The notes under the pieces are model-generated. The model worked only from the letters and a program-made list of their open reading frames with translations, was not told the origin of the DNA and made no database searches. 64,000 nt of DNA from the NCBI GenBank assembly GCA_036676395.1, contig JAKFCY010000002.1, positions 1,088,001 through 1,152,000 on the forward strand, in the 5' to 3' direction. Positions 20,329 to 28,077 of the stretch are shown piece by piece. The position numbers and the translations under genes were made by a program. The DNA comes from Bdellovibrio sp. GTDB taxonomy: Bacteria > Bdellovibrionota > Bdellovibrionia > Bdellovibrionales > Bdellovibrionaceae. How positions within the stretch are numbered: position 1 is the stretch's first letter; every line of letters starts with the position of its first letter.

Positions 20329-21180
20329 ATGAGTTTTGAAGTTTACAAACCAACGTATAAGTCTCTTTTTCGTAAAATTGCTATTGGTTCTTGGTGGAAC
20401 GCCGGTGATCCTTCTGTGTACGGTATGGTCGATGTCGATATGACAGAAGCTTTAAAATATATTGAAAAAATTAAGAGCGAAAAAAATGTATCGCTCACGC
20501 CGACGCATCTTGTGGGGCAGGCTGTGGTTGAGTGTTTAAAAGTTCGCCCTGAAGTGAATTCAATTATGATTCGCCATCAAATTTATTACCGAAAAAATAT
20601 CGATATTTTTTTTCAGGTCAATATCGAGGGTGACGACGCTGGTGATAAAACGGCAAAAGCTGAATTGTCTGGTGTGACACTTCGTAAATTACAAAACAAA
20701 TCTATTTTTCAATTGGCTGAAGAGTTAAAAAACAAAGGCACTAAATTAAAGAAAAATAAAGAGGGTGAATTGATGAAAGTTCGCTCGACGATGCATTTAA
20801 TTCCTAATAGCATCATGAAATACGTTTTACTTGGAACTTCATTTTTAAATTTCGATTTGGGTTTGCCACTGCACTGGTTCGGTGTGCCGAAAGATCCATT
20901 CGGAGCCATTATGATCACCAGCGTGGGTTCAATGGGTATTGATTGGGCGTTAGCGCCGTTGTGTCCGTACTCACGTTCGCCGATGTTATTAGCTATTTGT
21001 GCTGTTAAAAAATCACCGGTGGTGATTGAAACAGAAGGCCAGGCAGATCGCCTTGAAATTCGGCCAACGATGAAAGTCGGAGTTACTTTTGATCATCGTT
21101 ATATCGACGGTGTGCATGCGGCAGATATGTTACGTGTGTTTAAAGAGTGTTTTGCAAATCCAAGTAAATACTTCGGCTAA
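20329..21180 (+). CDS. 2-oxo-acid dehydrogenase E2-like acyltransferase, catalytic domain only
   Basis: ITSVGSMG and TFDHRYIDG catalytic motifs; no lipoyl domain. Confidence 0.8.
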   Translation: MSFEVYKPTYKSLFRKIAIGSWWNAGDPSVYGMVDVDMTEALKYIEKIKSEKNVSLTPTHLVGQAVVECLKVRPEVNSIMIRHQIYYRKNIDIFFQVNIEGDDAGDKTAKAELSGVTLRKLQNKSIFQLAEELKNKGTKLKKNKEGELMKVRSTMHLIPNSIMKYVLLGTSFLNFDLGLPLHWFGVPKDPFGAIMITSVGSMGIDWALAPLCPYSRSPMLLAICAVKKSPVVIETEGQADRLEIRPTMKVGVTFDHRYIDGVHAADMLRVFKECFANPSKYFG

Positions 21181-21812
21181 GGAAAAAACATATCACAGTT
21201 CATTTTTTCAGCACGGATATGATAGTCTTTTCCTTCGAATTTGAATTTTAATTCTTCTGCATGTAAGAACATGCGGGTCGTCTTATACATCGCACCCATT
21301 TTGGTATTATAATTTTCATCGTTGTAACGAGTGTCACCCATAATGGCATGTTTTACTAAAGCTGCATGTTTTCTGATTTGGTGCTGTCGGCCAGTTTTAA
21401 TTTCGCATAACACTTCAGTGAAATATTGGTTGGTGCGCACCACTTTGACATGAGTGATACAGTTTTTACGCTCACTGCTTTTACCTTGTGGGTTTTTGCG
21501 GCCTTCGGCTTTATCAGATAAAGGCAGATCCCAGGTTAGAGCTAAAGCTTTATCATTCCAGCCACCGCGAAGCAGGGCGCGGTAAATTTTTTGACCCGAG
21601 CTTAATGATTTACTTAAGCTTTCGTGAAGCGCAGGATCACGAGCGACAACGACAAGGCCGCTGGTTTGCTGATCAATACGGTTAACAAAACTTTGTGGAA
21701 GTTTTCGCTCTAAAAGCCAATCTGAAAGACTAGGCTTTTCATTGTGTACAGAAACACCTTCAGGTTTGCCAAGTACGATAAAAAAAGCGTTGTCCTCTAG
21801 TATTGAAATCAT
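21177..21812 (-). CDS. RluA-family RNA pseudouridine synthase
   Basis: KPEG, NRIDQQTSGL (catalytic Asp), TGRQHQIR, GDTRY and LHA motifs. Confidence 0.9.
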   Translation of the reverse strand: MISILEDNAFFIVLGKPEGVSVHNEKPSLSDWLLERKLPQSFVNRIDQQTSGLVVVARDPALHESLSKSLSSGQKIYRALLRGGWNDKALALTWDLPLSDKAEGRKNPQGKSSERKNCITHVKVVRTNQYFTEVLCEIKTGRQHQIRKHAALVKHAIMGDTRYNDENYNTKMGAMYKTTRMFLHAEELKFKFEGKDYHIRAEKMNCDMFFP

Positions 21813-21853
21813 GGTACTATATACGAGTTAAGTAATTAAAAAGGCAAGGTATT

Positions 21854-22204
21854 ATGATGAATGAAGACGAAATCAAAGAGACCCCAGAAACTTCTACTGA
21901 GCAAACAGAAACTCCTAAGGAAAAAGTAAAAATTGAATTTCCTTACAGTGATGTTGTGCGCTCAATTACGCCAAAGGCCTTCGATGTGGCTGAAAACGTA
22001 GCTACTCAATGGAAAAACGACGAAAAATTTGATGTCGGTCTGTCAAATCCTTTAGCTGAAGTTGCAGCCGTTAAAGCTTTAGAAAAAGCTAAAGAAGTAG
22101 AAAAAAAGTTAGAAGAAAAAGGCGTCATCACCGCCGCTAAAATGGGTGTCGAGATCGCAAAACTTCAAGCTCAGTCAATTCTAGCAAAATTTAAGAAGCC
22201 TTAA
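21854..22204 (+). CDS. Hypothetical protein (helical, charged)
   Basis: 116-aa ORF filling the gap at the head of the bolA-Hsp70 run; typical codon usage. Confidence 0.7.
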   Translation: MMNEDEIKETPETSTEQTETPKEKVKIEFPYSDVVRSITPKAFDVAENVATQWKNDEKFDVGLSNPLAEVAAVKALEKAKEVEKKLEEKGVITAAKMGVEIAKLQAQSILAKFKKP

Positions 22205-22209
22205 CCAAA

Positions 22210-22491
22210 ATGAACCGCGAAGAGCGTATTAAGACTATCTTAAAGCAGTTAAATCCAGTCGCTATCGAATTAAAAAACGATAGCGCTAAACATGCCAAGC
22301 ATGTTGACCACATGGGCGTTGAACCCACCGGCGAGACGCACTACAAATTAAAAATTGTCTCTGAAATCTTTGAAGGCCTTTCACGCGTGGACCGCCAAAG
22401 AAAAGTCTATGATCTGTTAAAAGACGAATTTACCTCGGGGCTTCACGCTTTAGAATTAAAAACGTTGTCTCCGAAAGAGCATAATGTCTAA
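22210..22491 (+). CDS. bolA: BolA family protein
   Basis: DSAKHAKH, ETHYKLKIVS, FEGLSRVDRQRKVY, GLHAL. Confidence 0.9.
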   Translation: MNREERIKTILKQLNPVAIELKNDSAKHAKHVDHMGVEPTGETHYKLKIVSEIFEGLSRVDRQRKVYDLLKDEFTSGLHALELKTLSPKEHNV

Positions 22492-23773
22492 GTCTCCGAT
22501 ACTGGCGATTGACTTCGGAACCAGTAATTCGCTGGTAGGCTGTGTTTATAACGGCGAAAAAACCTTAGCCTTGCCTATTGATGATTTAAATTCTGATCCC
22601 ACAATGATGCGCACATTGCTCTATTTTCCAGAGCCTGACGTGTGTTACTACGGTCAGCGTGCCATCGATGAGTTTCTAGAAAACGATATGGACGGGCGGT
22701 TATTTCGCTCGTTCAAAACGCATTTACCGAATCAAGCGTACTTAGGAACAATGTTTAAAAACCGCGTACTTTCGTTAGAAAGTATTATCGGTTTATTTTT
22801 ACTCGAATTAAAAAAACGCGCTGAACTTGCGATCGGGCAAAAAGTCACTCACGTGGTGATGGGAAGACCTGCAAGATACTCGATGGATGAAGTGGCTGAT
22901 GGTTTTGCTCTTCACCGTATGGAAAAAGCCTGCCAGTTTGCAGGCTTCACCAATGTGCAATTTGTGCCAGAGCCTTTGGCTGCCGCTTTTGATTACCGCA
23001 GACAAGCTACTGAAGAAAAAACAATTTTGATCGGCGATTTCGGCGGCGGAACTTCAGATTTCACCATCATGCGAATTAACCCCAAAGAATTTAGTAAAAA
23101 AGATGTGTTATCTATCGAAGGCTGTCCGTTGGCGGGTGATGCTTTAGATAGTATTTTTATGTCGAATAAATTAAACGAATACTTCGGTGCAAAAACCAGA
23201 TACATGTTACCGATGTCATCGAATGTGATGACTATGCCTCCTGGGGTAACGACGCGTTTAAATCATCCAGCTCATATCGTGCATTTAAAAGATAAAGAGA
23301 CCTATGAATTCGTGCGCGAAGTCAGAAAATGCGCTTTAACTCCAAAAGATGCCGTGGGCGTTGATCGACTTTTCGTACTTATCGAAGACAATCAAATATT
23401 TCCGTTTTTTGAAAGCATTGAAGCCAGTAAAAAAGAGCTTTCAAGAGCTGATAAATCGAATTTTAAATTTCCGTATCCAGATATCGAAGTTTACGAAACT
23501 TTTTCGACCGAGCAATTTACAGCTTGGGCAGCAGATATCAAAAACAATATCATCCACGCGCTGGATCGTTCGTTGCAACAGGCAGGTTTGACTGAAAAAA
23601 ACATTGATTTGGTGTGTTTAACTGGCGGGACTTCAAAAGTTCCGTTAATTCGTGCCGAGTTCGAAAAACGCTTCGGCATCGAAAAATTGCAAACGCAGAC
23701 TGAATTTCATAGTGTAACGGCAGGCTTAGTTGAAGTCGCTCACTTATGGGAAAAAGGCCAAATCGTAAGCTAA
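22484..23773 (+). CDS. Hsp70-family (YegD-like) chaperone
   Basis: AIDFGTSNS, EPLAAA, DFGGGTSDF and TGGTS motifs; no DnaK substrate-binding domain. Confidence 0.85.
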   Translation: MSKSPILAIDFGTSNSLVGCVYNGEKTLALPIDDLNSDPTMMRTLLYFPEPDVCYYGQRAIDEFLENDMDGRLFRSFKTHLPNQAYLGTMFKNRVLSLESIIGLFLLELKKRAELAIGQKVTHVVMGRPARYSMDEVADGFALHRMEKACQFAGFTNVQFVPEPLAAAFDYRRQATEEKTILIGDFGGGTSDFTIMRINPKEFSKKDVLSIEGCPLAGDALDSIFMSNKLNEYFGAKTRYMLPMSSNVMTMPPGVTTRLNHPAHIVHLKDKETYEFVREVRKCALTPKDAVGVDRLFVLIEDNQIFPFFESIEASKKELSRADKSNFKFPYPDIEVYETFSTEQFTAWAADIKNNIIHALDRSLQQAGLTEKNIDLVCLTGGTSKVPLIRAEFEKRFGIEKLQTQTEFHSVTAGLVEVAHLWEKGQIVS

Positions 23774-24030
23774 AAGTCGTTAAGCTTTTCCTTTAAGTCT
23801 TCAATAAGCGATCTAACTTTATCTAATTGCTCTTGTTCAGGGGATTTAGCAACGTGGTCATGATCATTATCTGACCATGAGCCCAAAGCAGATTTAAGGT
23901 CCGTCTGTAATGACGACCACTTAACCTTAGCCAAACCCTGTAGATCAGTGGGGTTTAAAGCTTTTTGGTCAGCTTTTTTAGCTACACTGCTTTTCGCTGT
24001 GCTTTTACTTTTGGACTTCTTGTTGCTCAT
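23770..24030 (-). CDS. Small hypothetical protein
   Basis: 86-aa ORF filling the gap, with a basic N-terminus and C-terminal helix. Confidence 0.6.
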   Translation of the reverse strand: MSNKKSKSKSTAKSSVAKKADQKALNPTDLQGLAKVKWSSLQTDLKSALGSWSDNDHDHVAKSPEQEQLDKVRSLIEDLKEKLNDF

Positions 24031-24096
24031 TCTAAAGTTGTTTTGCCTTAGTCTTCTATGGTACTAATATCACTTCTAAAATCAAGGGGTTAATTT

Positions 24097-25773
24097 ATGT
24101 CTCAAGATATTATCTACACCATGAAAGGTGTTTCAAAAGTTTATCCACCGAACCGTTTTGTTCTAAAAGATATTTATTTATCATATTTTTATGGCGCAAA
24201 AATCGGCGTTCTTGGTCTGAATGGTTCAGGTAAATCATCATTGCTAAAAATTATGGCGGGTGTTGACACTGAATTTTTAGGTGAAGCATTTCCGGCAAAA
24301 AAGATGAAAGTCGGCTACTTAGAGCAAGAACCTAAATTAGATGAAACATTAAATGTTCGCGATAATATTTTTTCAGCAATGGGTGATCTGCCTAAATTAA
24401 TGAAAGACTACAACGCGATCAACGATAAATTTTCTGATCCTGATTTAGATCCGGACGAGATGAATACACTGATCGAAAAACAAGGCGACCTGCAAGAAAA
24501 AATCGAAGCTTTGGGCGGCTGGGAAGTCGACCAAAAAATCGAACTTGTTATCGATGCCCTACGTTGTCCAGAACCAGATTCTGAAGTGGCCCACTTATCA
24601 GGTGGTGAAAAACGCCGTGTAGCTTTAGCACGTTTAATTATGTCGAACCCTGATATTTTATTACTGGATGAGCCTACGAATCACTTGGATGCTGAATCGG
24701 TGGGTTGGTTAGAGCAATACTTAGCTAAATTTCCTGGAACAGTCATCGCCGTAACCCATGATCGTTATTTCTTAGATAACGTTGCGGGTTGGATTCTAGA
24801 ATTAGACCGTGGTGAGGGCATTCCTTGGAAAGGCAATTACTCTTCTTGGTTAGAGCAAAAAGACAAACGTTTAGCTTCTGAGCAACAGTCGCAAAGCAAA
24901 AAAGCTAAAACATTAGAGCGCGAGTTAGAATGGATTCGTCAGGGTGCAAAAGCCAGACAAAGCAAATCTAAAGCACGTATTCACGCTTACGAAGATTTAT
25001 TAAAAGAGCCATCAGCCGAAAAATTACAAGAGATGTCGATCTACATTCCTGCAGGCCCTCGCTTAGGTAATGTCGTTGTTGAAGCTCAAGGCGTGACAAA
25101 AGGTTACGGTAAAAAATTATTATTAGATGGCGTTGATTTCGTGATTCCTAAAGGGGCCATCGTTGGCGTTATCGGACCGAACGGGGCCGGTAAATCAACA
25201 TTATTCAAAATGATCACAGGCAAAGAAAAACCAGATTCTGGAACATTCAAAGTCGGTGAAACTGTAAAAATCGCTTACGTTGATCAAACGCGCGAAACCC
25301 TTGATCCGAATAAAACAATCTATGAAGAACTTTCTGGCGGCGCCGATCTTATTAAATTAGGTAACCGCGAAATTCCAGCGCGTCAGTACGTCAGCTGGTT
25401 TAACTTCTCGGGTTCAGACCAACAGAAAAAAGTAGGCACATTATCAGGCGGAGAACGTAACCGCGTGAATATGGCTAAAATCTTAAAAGAAGGTGCGAAC
25501 TTACTTTTACTAGATGAGCCAACAAATGACTTAGACGTAAATACAATGCGTGCACTAGAAGAAGCCTTAAACGAATTCGGGGGCTCTGCAATTGTGATTT
25601 CCCATGATCGTTGGTTCTTAGACCGCGTGTGTACGCACACCATGGCCTTTGAAGGCGATTCAAAAGTTTACTTCTACCCAGGCAGCTTCTCAGAATACGA
25701 AGAAGACCGCAAAAAACGCATGGGCGAAGACACTGCACCTAAACGCATCCGTTACAGAATGATTGATCAGTAA
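24097..25773 (+). CDS. ettA: Energy-dependent translational throttle ABC-F protein EttA
   Basis: Two ABC domains (GLNGSGKS, GPNGAGKS, LSGGE, LLLDEPTN) and the signature ELDRGEGIPWKGNYSSWLEQK ... ELEWIRQ. Confidence 0.95.
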   Translation: MSQDIIYTMKGVSKVYPPNRFVLKDIYLSYFYGAKIGVLGLNGSGKSSLLKIMAGVDTEFLGEAFPAKKMKVGYLEQEPKLDETLNVRDNIFSAMGDLPKLMKDYNAINDKFSDPDLDPDEMNTLIEKQGDLQEKIEALGGWEVDQKIELVIDALRCPEPDSEVAHLSGGEKRRVALARLIMSNPDILLLDEPTNHLDAESVGWLEQYLAKFPGTVIAVTHDRYFLDNVAGWILELDRGEGIPWKGNYSSWLEQKDKRLASEQQSQSKKAKTLERELEWIRQGAKARQSKSKARIHAYEDLLKEPSAEKLQEMSIYIPAGPRLGNVVVEAQGVTKGYGKKLLLDGVDFVIPKGAIVGVIGPNGAGKSTLFKMITGKEKPDSGTFKVGETVKIAYVDQTRETLDPNKTIYEELSGGADLIKLGNREIPARQYVSWFNFSGSDQQKKVGTLSGGERNRVNMAKILKEGANLLLLDEPTNDLDVNTMRALEEALNEFGGSAIVISHDRWFLDRVCTHTMAFEGDSKVYFYPGSFSEYEEDRKKRMGEDTAPKRIRYRMIDQ

Positions 25774-25817
25774 GATCATATTAAATTGATCAGTAGGATC
25801 ATTGTTTAATAGATCAG
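25762..25817 (+). repeat. Three degenerate tandem copies of the ettA 3' end (period 23-24 bp)
   Basis: ATTGATCAGTAAGATCA at 25762, ATTGATCAGTAGGATCA at 25785, ATAGATCAG at 25809; five GATC sites. Confidence 0.75.
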
Positions 25818-25843
25818 TCATCGTTAGATACAGATTCAAAAGT

Positions 25844-25877
25844 AAAAAAAGCAGTTGGGAAACCAACTGCTTTTTTT
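25844..25877. terminator. Intrinsic terminator of ettA, bidirectional form
   Basis: A7-GCAGTTGG-GAAA-CCAACTGC-T7. Confidence 0.9.
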
Positions 25878-25940
25878 ATCTAAAAACAGGTGAATCTGGC
25901 TAAGCCCGCATCAGAACTTACAACCCTTTTGCAGTGTCGC

Positions 25941-26130
25941 GAAGTATCGTTAAATTCTGCTCTGTATTTGGGTTTACACTTTTCAAACTACTTAAAGTCG
26001 GCGATACATCCGGTAAGTGTAAATCACCTGATGGCTCCGTTGAATAACCCAGCTTAGAATAACAAAAACTGTAAACCCAAATACAGAGTGAGTTTTGATG
26101 GTGCCTTTGAAATTATCTTTGAAGTATCGT
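25941..26130 (+). ncRNA. Putative structured non-coding element (unclassified RNA or MITE-like)
   Basis: Perfect 19-bp inverted repeat 25960-25978 / 26070-26088, extendable by G-U pairs to about 25944/26104; flanked by the direct repeat GAAGTATCGT at 25941 and 26121. Confidence 0.4.
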
Positions 26131-26224
26131 AAGACCCCGTATATTCGGAACTCGGATCGAAAATCACCCTGCGTAGCTAGATTGGTAATTTTATTGGCCA
26201 CAACTTTGAACACCAACTGTAACT

Positions 26225-26617
26225 ATGAAAAGAGCCGTCGATACAACACTAACAGATAAAATTACTATCTATAAAATACCTCAAGAAAATTTAGGCTATA
26301 TTAATTTACTTAAGCGCGGCTATGAATGGCGTAAAAAAAGAAATCCGCGCTACTCACTACGAAAATACGCTAAAGATCTTGAACTTACCCCCATGCATTT
26401 AAGTTATATCTTGCGAGGGCAAAGAGGGTTGTCGCGCAAAAAAGCTGAGGTTATTACAAAAGTTTTGCGATTGTCATACACAGATAGAAAAAAGTTTCTG
26501 CAGATTGTATCTGCTTTAAGTGCCAGATCGTTTAGAGAAAGAAATTTGGCACAGCTTGGTCTGCGGAACTCTTACTTCTTCTCAGGCGAAAGAACTTCGT
26601 CCGTGAAGGTTACATAG
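26225..26617 (+). CDS. HTH protein resembling the N-terminal part of the TIGR02147 (Bdellovibrio/Fibrobacter-expanded) family
   Basis: RKKRNPRYSLRKYAKDLELTPMHLSYILRGQRGLS is characteristic; at 130 aa it lacks the usual C-terminal DUF4423 region. Confidence 0.7.
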   Translation: MKRAVDTTLTDKITIYKIPQENLGYINLLKRGYEWRKKRNPRYSLRKYAKDLELTPMHLSYILRGQRGLSRKKAEVITKVLRLSYTDRKKFLQIVSALSARSFRERNLAQLGLRNSYFFSGERTSSVKVT

Positions 26618-26940
26618 TAGAACTGATATTTTTTGTTTTGGGTTTCGGCCCATTTTTTTACAACCAGCACCATTTCATCGCGCACTTTTTCGCGTTCTTC
26701 AGGTAGGCGATCGCCGAAATATTCACAGTATACTGTTAAAGTAGAACCAGTTTCAGCCACCCACATCGGGCGGGCGAATATGTATTCTTTAGGCTGTGCC
26801 TGAAGCATGATCGGGAAAAGAGATTTTTCCATTTCAGTCTGAATTTTTTCAGCTTTTTTTTCTGCAAGCGTGAGCCAAGCTTCTTTAGAAAAGTAACCCA
26901 CACCTGCAATAAGAATTAAACTTGCGAAAAAGTATTTCAT
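26572..26940 (-). CDS. Hypothetical membrane-anchored protein
   Basis: N-terminal hydrophobic helix; starts immediately after the rodA stop. Confidence 0.7.
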   Translation of the reverse strand: MKYFFASLILIAGVGYFSKEAWLTLAEKKAEKIQTEMEKSLFPIMLQAQPKEYIFARPMWVAETGSTLTVYCEYFGDRLPEEREKVRDEMVLVVKKWAETQNKKYQFYYVTFTDEVLSPEKK

Positions 26941-28068
26941 CTAGAATAGGTATCTGCGGTAGGCGACCGAACTAATTAAACCCATGCCAAGCATTGTGGT
27001 TAACATTCCCGATCCACCATAACTTAACAGCGGTAGCGGTACACCCACGATCGGAAGTAACCCTATCACCATGCCGATATTAATAAACATATGCCAGAAT
27101 AAATACGCAGAAACCCCGACAACAACCAGTGCCCCGAATTTATCCCGCGCCCTGGCGGCAATTTCAAAACACACTAAAAATAAAAAGACAAACGTGGTGA
27201 GTACGGCAACGCTTCCGACAAAGCCCCATTCTTCAGATAACACCGAATAAATAAAGTCGGTGTGACGTTCTGGTAAGAATTCTAATTGTGATTGAGTACC
27301 CTGGCGAAAGCCTTTACCAAAAAACTGGCCAGAACCTACAGCAATACGAGACTGAATCGAGTTATAACCTTTACCCTGAGGATCTGAATCCGGAGAAATA
27401 AACGTATAAACACGATGTCTTTGATAATCTTTTAGAGCGTATTTCCACACCACGGGCAGGGCGATTAAGCCTAAACCCACAATTGTAACTAAAATACCTT
27501 TTCTAATTTTTACGAAAAATAATAAAGTTCCGCCGATTAACATTAACATCATCGCCGTTCCAAGATCTGGCTGTTTCATAGTTAAAACAAACGGCACAAA
27601 TAATAAAGCAAACGGAAACAGTAAATCGCGCATACCCATGCCAGGACCTTCGGGATTTCGATTAATTAAAATTTTAGATAAAACTAAGATCAGACACATT
27701 TTCATGGTTTCAGAGGGCTGGTATCTGAAAAAATGCAGATCAATCCAGCGTTGTCCGCCTAAAACCGTTTTTCCGAAAAAATCCACATAAACAAGAGCGC
27801 AGACGTTGACCACATACATTAACCACACAACGCGGTTAATCCATAAATAATCTAAAAACGTCATCACGAAAAAAATAGTCCAGCCCGCAGTCAGCCAGAC
27901 GATCTGCTGAATAAATAAAGTTTCAACTTCTTTTGAGTGCGGCCCATGAGTTGCGCTAAATAAATTAATAAGACCAATCACATTTAATGTAAAAATTAAG
28001 GCAATCAGGCGCAGGTCAATACGACTTAAAAAATTTCTCTCTGATACGTTTAATCCACCAATTGACAT
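26941..28068 (-). CDS. rodA: Rod shape-determining protein RodA (SEDS family)
   Basis: GGQRWI, QPSE, QPDLGT, FLPERHTDFI and LPLLSYGGS motifs; downstream of PBP2. Confidence 0.95.
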   Translation of the reverse strand: MSIGGLNVSERNFLSRIDLRLIALIFTLNVIGLINLFSATHGPHSKEVETLFIQQIVWLTAGWTIFFVMTFLDYLWINRVVWLMYVVNVCALVYVDFFGKTVLGGQRWIDLHFFRYQPSETMKMCLILVLSKILINRNPEGPGMGMRDLLFPFALLFVPFVLTMKQPDLGTAMMLMLIGGTLLFFVKIRKGILVTIVGLGLIALPVVWKYALKDYQRHRVYTFISPDSDPQGKGYNSIQSRIAVGSGQFFGKGFRQGTQSQLEFLPERHTDFIYSVLSEEWGFVGSVAVLTTFVFLFLVCFEIAARARDKFGALVVVGVSAYLFWHMFINIGMVIGLLPIVGVPLPLLSYGGSGMLTTMLGMGLISSVAYRRYLF

Positions 28069-28077
28069 CTCTGTTCC

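Noticed and set aside
25762..25817. oriC DNA-unwinding element (GATC-led AT-rich repeats)
   Set aside because: No DnaA-box cluster or origin-linked genes nearby, and the repeats derive from the ettA stop region.
25941..26130. tRNA, tmRNA, RNase P, SRP RNA or retron msr-msd
   Set aside because: Signature motifs of these RNAs were not found and no reverse transcriptase is adjacent.
25992..26216. 74-aa minus-strand ORF
   Set aside because: No recognisable motif or RBS, and it overlaps the structured inverted-repeat element; probably spurious.
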